The notes beneath the pieces were generated by a model, which did no database searches, was not told where the DNA came from, and saw nothing but the letters and a program-made list of their open reading frames with translations. From contig JBIJCL010000001.1 in NCBI GenBank assembly GCA_044344725.1, positions 1-28,973 of the forward strand: 28,973 nt of DNA. Direction: 5' to 3'. The DNA is from Steroidobacteraceae bacterium (GTDB lineage: Bacteria > Pseudomonadota > Gammaproteobacteria > Steroidobacterales > Steroidobacteraceae). Below are positions 1 through 10,580 of the stretch, piece by piece (position 1 is the stretch's first letter; each line of letters starts with the position of its first letter). Position numbers and translations under genes: made by a program.

Positions 1-15
1 CTTGCCGGTTGCCAT
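1..15 (-). CDS. atpD: F1 ATP synthase beta subunit, first 5 codons only (runs off window edge)
   Basis: Minus strand reads ATG GCA ACC GGC AAG (MATGK) from 15 to 1, with AGGA upstream, 39 nt after the atpG stop. Position matches the canonical atpG-atpD order. Confidence 0.75.
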
Positions 16-54
16 GTCGATATCCTGTGCCTTGATGCGTTGAATTCTTTGAAA

Positions 55-915
55 TTAAACCGCTGCCGCGCCGCCGACGATCTCGGCGAGTTCCTTGGTG
101 ATCGCCGCCTGACGTGCCTTGTTGTACATGAGCTGCAGATCGCCGATGAGTTTGCCCGCGTTGTCCGAGGCGGCCTTCATGGCCACCATTCGCGCGGACA
201 TCTCGCAGGCCACGCTCTCGACGGCCGCTCGATACACCTGTGACTCGATGTAGCGCATGAACACCGCATCGAGAATTTCGGCGGCGTTCGGTTCGTAGAT
301 GTAGTCCCAGTGCTCCTGGAGGTCGCCCGCGTCCAAGGTCTCGACCGGGAGCAGCTGGGTCACGACGGGCTTTTGCGTCATCGTGTTCACGAATTGGGCA
401 TTGACGACGAAGAGTCGGTCGATCGAGCCGTCTTTATAGGCATCGAGCATGACCTTGACCGAGCCGAGCAGATCTTTGACATGCGGACGATCGCCGAGAC
501 CGCCCACACTCGCGAGGATCGGAAGACCCAAACGTCGGAAGAATCCCGCAGCCTTGTTGCCGAGGAGACAGAGGTTGACGTTGGCGCCCTTCCCCTGCCA
601 TTCGCGCATCAGCAGGAGCGTGCTCTTGAAGACGTTCGTATTGAGCGCGCCGCAAAGACCGCGGTCACTCGATACGACGATGATGCCGATCGATTTGGTT
701 TCGCGTTCGGTCAGGAACGGATGGCGATAGTCGGGGTTCGCCTTGTTGAGATGCCCGATCACGACGCGGATCTTCTCGGCATAAGGACGCGACAAGCGCA
801 TGCGATCTTGAGCGCGGCGCATCTTGCTCGCCGCGACCATCTCCATGGCCTTGGTGATCTTCTGAGTGCTTTTGACACTCGTGATCTTGGTGCGTATTTC
901 CTTTGTGCCGGGCAT
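55..915 (-). CDS. atpG: F1 ATP synthase gamma subunit
   Basis: 286 aa; [24 protein letters not shown] and [23 protein letters not shown] motifs. Confidence 0.99.
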   Translation of the reverse strand: MPGTKEIRTKITSVKSTQKITKAMEMVAASKMRRAQDRMRLSRPYAEKIRVVIGHLNKANPDYRHPFLTERETKSIGIIVVSSDRGLCGALNTNVFKSTLLLMREWQGKGANVNLCLLGNKAAGFFRRLGLPILASVGGLGDRPHVKDLLGSVKVMLDAYKDGSIDRLFVVNAQFVNTMTQKPVVTQLLPVETLDAGDLQEHWDYIYEPNAAEILDAVFMRYIESQVYRAAVESVACEMSARMVAMKAASDNAGKLIGDLQLMYNKARQAAITKELAEIVGGAAAV

Positions 916-929
916 GTCAGTCGAAGACC

Positions 930-2468
<1,539 letters not shown>

Positions 2469-2504
2469 GTCTGGTCCTCTAAAAAACCTGGTGCGGACGG
2501 CGCA

Positions 2505-3044
2505 TTAGGCGCCGGCCATCGTGTTACCGAGTCGCTCGACGCGCCCGCGAAGCGAGCCGTCGACGACGAAATCGCCCGCGCGAACCACGGCTCCACCGAT
2601 CAGCGACGGATCGACCGTCGAGGAAAGACGAACCGTACGACGCAAGCGGCGGGTGAGTGCCTGCGTCAATTTCTCCGCCTGTTCGGCCGTGAGCGGCAAT
2701 GCCGAGGTGACGGTGACGTCCACCGTATTCTCGACCTCCGCGCGCAGTGCGGCGTACTGCACGGCAATCTGCGGCAACAGCGCGAGGCGGCCGTTGTCCG
2801 CAAGCAGGCGCAAGTAGTTGAGCGCCTTCTCGTTGCCTGATGCGCCGACAAGCTCCGCAACAAAGCTCACGAGCTCTGCGCGCTGTACGTGCGGGTTGCC
2901 GACGAGCGCACCCACGCGCGCATCGCCGAGCACCAAGCTCGCGCGGTCGAGCATCTCGCCCCACGCGGCGAGTTGCCCTGCAGCATGTGCATGCTGGAAC
3001 GCCGCGCGGGCGTACGGCCTGGCGATGGTTGCCTCGTCAGCCAC
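2505..3044 (-). CDS. atpH: F1 ATP synthase delta subunit (GTG start; ORF-track start 3398 is too far upstream)
   Basis: From GTG at 3044: (M)[15 protein letters not shown]...[29 protein letters not shown], 179 aa. Overlaps the atpF stop by 8 nt (GTGGCTGA). Confidence 0.96.
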   Translation of the reverse strand: MADEATIARPYARAAFQHAHAAGQLAAWGEMLDRASLVLGDARVGALVGNPHVQRAELVSFVAELVGASGNEKALNYLRLLADNGRLALLPQIAVQYAALRAEVENTVDVTVTSALPLTAEQAEKLTQALTRRLRRTVRLSSTVDPSLIGGAVVRAGDFVVDGSLRGRVERLGNTMAGA

Positions 3045-3516
3045 GTGCAATCTCGTCCGCGAGCTTGTCGAGCAACTGAGCGTGCGTCTTCGCGTCGACT
3101 TCACGTTCGAGCAACCGCGAAGCACCCACCACCACCATCGAACCGAACTCCTTGCGGAGTTGGTCGCGGGCACGGTTGGTCTCGGAGGCAGCTTCATCGC
3201 GCGCAGCGGCGACGATTCGGGCGCCTTCGCCTTGCGCCGCCTGCTTGGCGGCTTCGATCGCCTCGTTGGAGCGACGCGAAGCCTGGTCCTCGATCTGCCG
3301 GGCACGCTCGCGAGCCTCGCGAATGATCGCATCGGCACGGTTCGTGGCTTCGGCAAGGTCTTTCTGACCCTTGTCGGCGGCCGCAAGGCCGTCGGCAATC
3401 TTGCGGTTGCGAGCGTTCAGTTCTTCAGCCAGTACGGGCGTGACGAACTTCCCGACGAACCACAAGAGGATCAGGAAGACGATGATCTGGCCGATAAATG
3501 TGGCGTTGATCGTCAT
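3037..3516 (-). CDS. atpF: F0 ATP synthase subunit b
   Basis: 159 aa; [11 protein letters not shown]-terminal TM anchor followed by a charged, Ala-rich coiled coil; GGGAG SD. Confidence 0.97.
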   Translation of the reverse strand: MTINATFIGQIIVFLILLWFVGKFVTPVLAEELNARNRKIADGLAAADKGQKDLAEATNRADAIIREARERARQIEDQASRRSNEAIEAAKQAAQGEGARIVAAARDEAASETNRARDQLRKEFGSMVVVGASRLLEREVDAKTHAQLLDKLADEIARG

Positions 3517-3555
3517 GGCCTGTGTCTCCCTCGCGGGAGCCCTCCGGGAGTCGTT

Positions 3556-3840
<285 letters not shown>

Positions 3841-3880
3841 TCAAACAAACGCGTGGATAACGAACCAAAAACTTTGACGA

Positions 3881-4756
<876 letters not shown>

Positions 4757-5161
4757 TCATTCCCGGGCTTTGGAGCGCGGGGGCAAGTTTGGCGCAGCGA
4801 GCGCCGGAACCAGCCAGAACACCACCAACGTCGCGATGTACCCCGCGAGTACCGCAGGCCACACCGCGTCCCCCCGCTGCGCGACCGCGAGAAACATTCC
4901 CACGGTCAGCAGCACCTTCACGAACTGGCCGACGAGTAGTCGACCGAACGCGAAGCCGGCGGAGCGCGCAGGGCGCAACGCCGCCACAGTCATGTACAGG
5001 TTCGCGATCAGCCCGATCAGCCCCCCGGTGGTTGCCGACCAGCCGGCCTTCGGTCCTGACCCAAGTGCGATCAGCGCACCGAGGACGACCGTCACGGCAC
5101 CCTGCCAGAGAAGGATCCGAACGGCGAGTCTGCGCGTTTGCGGATCGCTCGAAACGGTCAT
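4757..5161 (-). CDS. atpI: ATP synthase protein I
   Basis: 134 aa with about 4 hydrophobic helices and a GQFVKVLLT segment; first gene of the atp operon by position. Confidence 0.85.
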   Translation of the reverse strand: MTVSSDPQTRRLAVRILLWQGAVTVVLGALIALGSGPKAGWSATTGGLIGLIANLYMTVAALRPARSAGFAFGRLLVGQFVKVLLTVGMFLAVAQRGDAVWPAVLAGYIATLVVFWLVPALAAPNLPPRSKARE

Positions 5162-5283
5162 GGGCAGGCGGTCCTGTGGTCAACCGAGAAACCACTTGTC
5201 GCAACCTGTACAGACGGCAAGTGACTTCGCTGAGTCTCGAGCAGGTGTCGCGATGTCACGATACCCACCCCGAGGGCGCGCGG

Positions 5284-5312
5284 ATTATAGAGGCGCGACC
5301 CCAGCGCAGCAA
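5284..5312 (-). promoter_or_regulatory. sigma70-type promoter of the atp operon
   Basis: Minus strand TTGCTG (5312-5307), 17-nt spacer, TATAAT (5289-5284). Predicted TSS about 5277, giving a leader of about 115 nt. Confidence 0.7.
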
Positions 5313-5315
5313 TCA

Positions 5316-6251
5316 TCAATGGATGTGAGACAGGATGCCGTCGAGCTCGTCGAGCGAGTGATACGCGATCACGAGCCGACCTTTGCCGCCTTTGCCGAGC
5401 GATTCGATTTTGACGTCGGCACCCAGAGTTTCGGAGAGCCGATTTTCGAGCTCGCGAACATTGGCATCCGTGGCGTCACCCGGTGTTGCAGCGCTGAAAT
5501 CGCGATCGAACCCCGTATCCTTTTTCGGCGGATTGTTCAGTCGGCGAACCAATGCTTCGGTTTCTCGTACTGATAGTCCTTTTTTCGATACTAATTGGCC
5601 GACTTCCACCTGCTGACGCTTTTGCGTGAGGCCGAGCAAGGCGCGGGCATGGCCCATCTCGATCTCGCGACGATCGACAAGCTCCGCGACCTCTGCAGGC
5701 AGCTCGAGCAGACGCAGGAGATTGCTGACTGCGGCACGAGATCGACCGACCGCGTCGGCCGCTTGTTGATGGGTCACCTCGAACTCGCGGATCAGGCGAT
5801 CGAGGGCTCGGGCCTCTTCGAGGGGATTCAGATTCTCGCGCTGGATGTTTTCGATCAGCGCCATGGCGATGGCGCTCTCGTCCGGCACCCGACGGATGAC
5901 CGCCGGGATCGTCTCGAGGCCCGCCATCTGGGCGGCTCGCCAGCGACGCTCGCCGGCGATGATTTCGTATCGCGTGGGCGCCGCGCCCGGTGCCGCCCCC
6001 GGCATCTCGAGAGGCCGCACGACGATGGGCTGCACCACGCCTTGGGCCCGGATGGAACTCGCGAGGTCCTCGAGGGCCTCCTCTCGCATGTCGACGCGAG
6101 GTTGGTAACGACCCCGTTGCAGCTGATCGAGCGGCAACTTCGCGAGCTCGTCGCCCGGTAGGGCCGGCGCGCCGGTCGTGGTGCGGCTCGCGCTCATCTG
6201 TCCGAGTAGCGCATCGAGTCCGCGGCCGAGGACGGGCTTTTTCTGATTCAT
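5316..6251 (-). CDS. parB: Chromosome partitioning protein ParB
   Basis: 311 aa; LGRGLDALL N-terminus, YQPR, GVVQPIVVR, the IIAGERRWRAAQ CTPase box, ENIQRENLNPLEEA and an HTH segment (GRSRAAVSNLLRLL). Confidence 0.98.
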   Translation of the reverse strand: MNQKKPVLGRGLDALLGQMSASRTTTGAPALPGDELAKLPLDQLQRGRYQPRVDMREEALEDLASSIRAQGVVQPIVVRPLEMPGAAPGAAPTRYEIIAGERRWRAAQMAGLETIPAVIRRVPDESAIAMALIENIQRENLNPLEEARALDRLIREFEVTHQQAADAVGRSRAAVSNLLRLLELPAEVAELVDRREIEMGHARALLGLTQKRQQVEVGQLVSKKGLSVRETEALVRRLNNPPKKDTGFDRDFSAATPGDATDANVRELENRLSETLGADVKIESLGKGGKGRLVIAYHSLDELDGILSHIH

Positions 6252-7036
6252 GCCCGCGATGATAGCGGAGTCGCCCGCGTGATCGCCGCCGCCTCTCGAG
6301 GCTGGTTTTCACCGATGCCGAGGAAGATCTCCCGGAAGGCGACGTACCCGAGGGCGCCGAAGAAACAATAAAGCACGGGAACGATCGGCGGCAGCAACAA
6401 GGCGAAGACGGCGGGCAACACCATGAACAGCAACGCGACCCCGAGCATGGGGCCGATGTTGCGGATCTGCCCCGCGGCACCGAGTCGCCAGGCTTCGCGG
6501 AACGACAAGCCCAACAAAGTCATGCAGAGAAACTGGAAGAACGACGTCAGTCCGGGGATGTTGAGTCCGAAATAACAGAGACCCAAGGCGAAAGCCGAAT
6601 AGACGAAGATTTGTCGCAGGGCGATGAAGCCGTCGGCCGACAGCACGTCGACCGAGTTGCGTTCGGTGTAGAGGATGTTCCACCACGCGACGCCGGGCTT
6701 CGAGAGCAACAACACCCAGACCAGCGCCCCTGCGAGCGCGACGAGGGCTGCAAACATGAGAATCACCCGAAACTTGGCCCTCAGCATCTCGAGCGCCTCG
6801 GCGAGGGTGATGCGGCCGCTGCGATCGAGGTGAGACGCGATCAGCATGCAGGAGAGCAGCGCGACGAGCGCGAGGATGCCGCTGACGAGCGGAAATCGAT
6901 GCCCGACGAACATCCAGAGACACATCAGCAGGGAGAGTGCGGACCAGAAGCCGAGACCGCGACGCAACAGATCGAAGGCTTGCCGAGACCAGCGCAGCAC
7001 CGCGCCGGGCGCTGCACTGCGCGGCTCGATCAGCAT
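6248..7036 (-). CDS. Hypothetical multi-pass inner-membrane protein (BPSS1780-like by recalled resemblance)
   Basis: 262 aa with about 6 hydrophobic stretches. Starts 3 nt after the parA stop and overlaps the parB start (ATGA). The N-terminal W..QAFDLLRR and C-terminal YVAFREIF segments recall BPSS1780-family proteins; not verified by search. Confidence 0.8.
   Translation of the reverse strand: MLIEPRSAAPGAVLRWSRQAFDLLRRGLGFWSALSLLMCLWMFVGHRFPLVSGILALVALLSCMLIASHLDRSGRITLAEALEMLRAKFRVILMFAALVALAGALVWVLLLSKPGVAWWNILYTERNSVDVLSADGFIALRQIFVYSAFALGLCYFGLNIPGLTSFFQFLCMTLLGLSFREAWRLGAAGQIRNIGPMLGVALLFMVLPAVFALLLPPIVPVLYCFFGALGYVAFREIFLGIGENQPREAAAITRATPLSSRA
6259..6264 (-). promoter_or_regulatory. 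Putative -10 element for leaderless parB transcript
   Basis: TATCAT 7 nt before the parB ATG (6251); no SD; lies inside the 3' end of the upstream membrane gene. Confidence 0.5.
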
Positions 7037-7039
7037 GGT

Positions 7040-7855
7040 TCAGCCGGCTGGGCGCGCTGCGCCCATCACGGCGGGGGGCGCAGCCGGCACGCCGCCACGC
7101 CCGATCATTTCACCGGCGAGCGCGAGGTAGGCGAGGGCTCCGCGCGAATCCTTGTCGTGCAAGAGTGCCGGCTTGCCGAAAGACGGCGCCTCGGCGAGAC
7201 GTACGTTGCGCGGGACGATGGTACTGAAGACCTTGTCACCGAAATGCTCGATCAATTGAGCGCTGACCTCATTCGCAAGGTTGTTACGCGGATCGAACAT
7301 CGTGCGCAGGACGCCTTCGACCTGAAGGTTGGGATTCACGGCTTCGCGGATCTGCTCGATGGTGGAGAGCAGTGCCGTCAACCCCTCGAGCGCGTAGTAC
7401 TCGCACTGCATCGGTACGAGTACGCCATCGGCGGCGACGAGCGCATTGACGGTCAGCATGTTGAGCGAGGGTGGGCAGTCGATGAGGATGACGTCGAACT
7501 CGTCTCGCACCGTCTTCAGTGCATTGCGCAATCGGATCTCGCGACCGACGGGCATCGATAGCAACTGCACCTCGGCAGCGGTGAGATCTTGGTTGGCCGG
7601 CAAGAGCGCCATCGCCGGCGACTCGAGCATGAGGAGCGCATCGCGTGCCGAGCACTCGCCCGTCAGCACATCGCCGACACCTCGCACGATCGAAGTTTTT
7701 TCGACGCCGCAACCCATCGTCGCGTTGCCCTGGGGATCGAGGTCGATGAGCAGCACTCGACGACGCGTGACGGCGAGCGACGCGGCGAGGTTGACTGCAG
7801 TGGTGGTCTTGCCGACGCCGCCTTTCTGGTTGGCGATGGCGATGATGCGGGCCAT
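7040..7855 (-). CDS. parA: Chromosome partitioning ATPase ParA/Soj
   Basis: 271 aa; deviant Walker A NQKGGVGKTT, IDLDPQGN, IDCPPSL, PMQCEYYALEG, VPRNVRLAEAPSFG. Confidence 0.98.
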   Translation of the reverse strand: MARIIAIANQKGGVGKTTTAVNLAASLAVTRRRVLLIDLDPQGNATMGCGVEKTSIVRGVGDVLTGECSARDALLMLESPAMALLPANQDLTAAEVQLLSMPVGREIRLRNALKTVRDEFDVILIDCPPSLNMLTVNALVAADGVLVPMQCEYYALEGLTALLSTIEQIREAVNPNLQVEGVLRTMFDPRNNLANEVSAQLIEHFGDKVFSTIVPRNVRLAEAPSFGKPALLHDKDSRGALAYLALAGEMIGRGGVPAAPPAVMGAARPAG

Positions 7856-7861
7856 GCGCGG

Positions 7862-7867
7862 AGTCTA
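7862..7867 (-). promoter_or_regulatory. Putative -10 element for leaderless parA transcript
   Basis: TAGACT 6 nt before the ATG at 7855, which places +1 on the A of ATG; no SD in the 24-nt gap. Confidence 0.55.
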
Positions 7868-7879
7868 GCGCAAGCGTCG

Positions 7880-8542
7880 TCACGCCATCCGGCGCAGCAC
7901 GACGACGTGTCGCGCCTCGGCGAGACCCGGGATAGTCAGATCGCGATCGGCCTCGATGCGCCACCCGGCGGGCAGTCCCTCGCGCTCTGCGCTTTGACGC
8001 CGGCCCTTCATCGCCAGCACGAGGGTGTGCGGTCCACAAAGGCCGGCCACCTTATCGAGCAACTCCGGCAAGGGTGCAAAAGCACGCGTGACGACCGTGT
8101 CATAGACCGTCGAGGGCGTGTGGGTCTCGGCGCGGGCATGCACGGCCTGCACATTACCGAGCTCGAGCGTCCGCGCCGCATGCGCCACGAAGCGTACTTT
8201 CTTTCCATTGGAGTCGAGCAGCGTGAACTGTCGATGCGGATCGGCGATGGCGAGCGGCAGCCCCGGGAATCCGGCCCCTGTCCCCACGTCGATGACCCGC
8301 GATCCTTCGAGCAAGGGCCAAACGGCCAGACTGTCGAGCAGATGCCGGACGACCATGTCGCGCCGCTCACCGATGGCGGTGAGGTTGTAGGTTTTGTTCC
8401 AGCGCGACAACTCATCGAGCAACATCAGCAACCGACGCGCGGCTCGATCATCGAGCGTGACGCCGAGTGAGGCGGAATCTTTGATGAGCGCCGTGCGCTC
8501 CGCATCGATCGCGGATGCAGGCGAAGGAGAAATCGTCGACAT
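7880..8542 (-). CDS. rsmG: 16S rRNA m7G527 methyltransferase
   Basis: 220 aa; RWNKTYNLTAI, HLLDSL, SAM-binding DVGTGAGFPG, DSNGKKVRF, VTRAF. Confidence 0.96.
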   Translation of the reverse strand: MSTISPSPASAIDAERTALIKDSASLGVTLDDRAARRLLMLLDELSRWNKTYNLTAIGERRDMVVRHLLDSLAVWPLLEGSRVIDVGTGAGFPGLPLAIADPHRQFTLLDSNGKKVRFVAHAARTLELGNVQAVHARAETHTPSTVYDTVVTRAFAPLPELLDKVAGLCGPHTLVLAMKGRRQSAEREGLPAGWRIEADRDLTIPGLAEARHVVVLRRMA

Positions 8543-8560
8543 CGCTTCGTCGCTCTGTGG

Positions 8561-9556
8561 TCAACCGCCGATCTTGACGATCGTTCGCCCGGTCACCGTG
8601 CCCTTTATGTACGCGTCGAATGCACCGGGTAGATCGTCGAAGGCGATGGTGCTCGTGGCGATCTGGTCGAGGTGACGCGGCCTCAAGTCGGTCGCGATGC
8701 GATTCCAGACGACGAGCCGCATGTCGCGCAAAGTCGCCGAAGAATTGATACCGAGGAGATTCACGCCACGGATGATGAACGGGATCACCGTGGTGTGAAG
8801 CTCTGCGCTACCGGCGAGTCCAATGCTCGCGATATTGCCCCAGTTGTCGACCGTACGTGTCAGCCACGTCAGCATCTCTCCGCCCACGTTGTCGATGGCG
8901 CCACCGAAACGCGCCGTCTCGATGGGTCGCTTGCCGTAATCGATATCTTTGCGAAGCCAAACCTGCGATGCGCCCAAGGATTTCAGATAGTCGACGGACT
9001 CGGCCTTGCTGCTCACGGCAATGACCTCGTAGCCGCGCGCGGCGAGCATGTCGATGGCGATGCTGCCGACACCTCCGGTCGCGCCCGTCACGACGATGGG
9101 GCCTTTCGCCGGAGTCTGGCCGTTGTGTTCCATGCGGTGGATGGCGAGCGCCGCCGTGAACCCCGCCGTACCGAGCGACATGGCCTTGAACGCCCCGAAG
9201 CCCGAAGGCATCGGAATCACCCACTCACCGTTGAGTCGGGCGTACTCGGCGTAGCCACCATCGTGCGTTTCGGAAAGACCACAACCCGTCACGAGCACGT
9301 GATCTCCCGCCTTGTACCGAGCGTCGCCCGATGATTCGACGACGCCAGCCAAATCGATGCCGCCGACGAGCGGGTATTTTCTGAGGATTTTTCCGGCACC
9401 CGTCGCTGCAAGCGCGTCTTTGTAGTTGATGTCGGAGTAGAGCACCCGCACGATCACATCGCCCGGTCCGAGATCGTCGATTGTGAGTTGATCGAATCTC
9501 GCGACGATTTTCTTGTCGATTTCGTGGATGCGAAACGCTTTGAAGGTTTTTTCCAT
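8561..9556 (-). CDS. acuI: YhdH/AcuI-family MDR oxidoreductase (probable acrylyl-CoA reductase)
   Basis: 331 aa; INYKDALA, GIDLAGVV, GTAGFTAALAI, NADPH-binding TGATGGVGS, PFIIRGVNLLGINS. Substrate inferred from family membership. Confidence 0.85.
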   Translation of the reverse strand: MEKTFKAFRIHEIDKKIVARFDQLTIDDLGPGDVIVRVLYSDINYKDALAATGAGKILRKYPLVGGIDLAGVVESSGDARYKAGDHVLVTGCGLSETHDGGYAEYARLNGEWVIPMPSGFGAFKAMSLGTAGFTAALAIHRMEHNGQTPAKGPIVVTGATGGVGSIAIDMLAARGYEVIAVSSKAESVDYLKSLGASQVWLRKDIDYGKRPIETARFGGAIDNVGGEMLTWLTRTVDNWGNIASIGLAGSAELHTTVIPFIIRGVNLLGINSSATLRDMRLVVWNRIATDLRPRHLDQIATSTIAFDDLPGAFDAYIKGTVTGRTIVKIGG

Positions 9557-9572
9557 GGGAGTGGTTCTCTAC

Positions 9573-10523
9573 TTACGCGCGATTTCGGCGTGAAAGCCAG
9601 GCCAGCAAACCGTCGGTGTTGAGATCGAGATCCCCGCCCAGCCACAGTTCTATCGTGTCGTCGTTTGCGGCGCTGCCGAATTGGCGAAGTTCACGAACGA
9701 ATATTTCTTTGAGCGTGGCGCGGATGGCGGGACGCGCGGTTTCGACAGTCTCGCTCTCGTGAGACAACGCCGTCGCGACATGTGCCTCGATCATCCGGAT
9801 GAGATCGACACCTATCCGTTCGAGATCATCGATGCGCGCATAGTGGGTGAGAAAGGCGGCCTTGGGGCGACGCGCGAGGATGCGGCGTATCGAGTCGATG
9901 AGCTGCGACGGATCGAACTGGGACGGGCTGGTCGTCGGAACCCCGAAGGCTCGTCCCTCCACGTCGAACACTCGATAAGAGAGGCCCAAGGTGTCTCCCG
10001 TGAAGACCGACTGGCTGCCATGGTCAAAGAAAGTCTGATGATGTAACGCATGGCCGGGCGTGTGGAGAATCTCGAATTCCCGTCCGCCGAGTGCGAAACG
10101 TTGACCCTCGGTGGTGGCGACCACCCGCGAGCTGTCGATGGGCAGGAGCTCGCCGTACAAACGATCGTAAAGCTCTCGGCCGTAGACGGCGATCGAGGCT
10201 TCGATGAGCTTTTTCGGATCGACCATGTGGGGGGCGCCGCGCGGATGTACGACGACTCTGGCGTTCGGCAACGCCCGCATCAGCTGCCCGGCGCCACCGG
10301 CATGGTCGAGATGCACGTGCGTGAGGAGCAGCCAGTCGACATCCTCGCGATTCACGCCGAGTTCGTCGAGCGCGGCGAGCATCGCGGGGACGGAGTGGGC
10401 GGTGCCGCAATCGACGAAGGCAGCCCGACCCGCATCGACGACGAGATGGACGGCATCGAAGAGGGGCATCAAATATTCGGCATCGATGGCATGGATGCCG
10501 TGGTCGTAACGGTGGGTGATCAT
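9573..10523 (-). CDS. Metallo-beta-lactamase-fold hydrolase
   Basis: 316 aa; THVHLDHAGG metal motif, HPRGAPHM, TPGHALHH, FTGDTLG; GGAGGG SD. Confidence 0.92.
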   Translation of the reverse strand: MITHRYDHGIHAIDAEYLMPLFDAVHLVVDAGRAAFVDCGTAHSVPAMLAALDELGVNREDVDWLLLTHVHLDHAGGAGQLMRALPNARVVVHPRGAPHMVDPKKLIEASIAVYGRELYDRLYGELLPIDSSRVVATTEGQRFALGGREFEILHTPGHALHHQTFFDHGSQSVFTGDTLGLSYRVFDVEGRAFGVPTTSPSQFDPSQLIDSIRRILARRPKAAFLTHYARIDDLERIGVDLIRMIEAHVATALSHESETVETARPAIRATLKEIFVRELRQFGSAANDDTIELWLGGDLDLNTDGLLAWLSRRNRA

Positions 10524-10567
10524 CGTCCGCCCTCCGCGGCGGCATTGGAGTCGTGAAAAAGCTCGGG

Positions 10568-10574
10568 CAACATA
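10568..10574. promoter_or_regulatory. Putative overlapped bidirectional -10 (MBL hydrolase / S9 peptidase)
   Basis: Plus strand CAACAT 10568-10573, 7 nt before ATG 10581; minus strand TATGTT 10574-10569. Confidence 0.35.
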
Positions 10575-10580
10575 TCAGAC

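Noticed and set aside
2505-3398. ORF-track N-terminal extensions of atpH, dtd, EamA, the exported protein, ctpA, envC, grxC and trmL
   Set aside because: The extensions overlap neighbouring genes or look like non-protein sequence. Family homology, signal peptides, stop/start overlaps or -10 elements point to the downstream starts used above.
3852-3860. DnaA-box-like TTATCCACG (8/9 match) between atpB and atpE; possible oriC given the rsmG-parAB-atp context
   Set aside because: It is a single box inside the atpE U-rich leader. There is no cluster of boxes, no AT-rich unwinding element and no intergenic space for an origin in the window.
5976-6002. PGAAPGAAP mini-duplication in ParB
   Set aside because: Short low-complexity loop insertion with divergent codons; no evidence of function or instability.
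5162-8560. parS site (TGTTTCACGTGAAACA-like) near parAB
   Set aside because: I found no convincing 16-bp palindrome by eye. A motif scan with mismatches would be needed to exclude degenerate copies.
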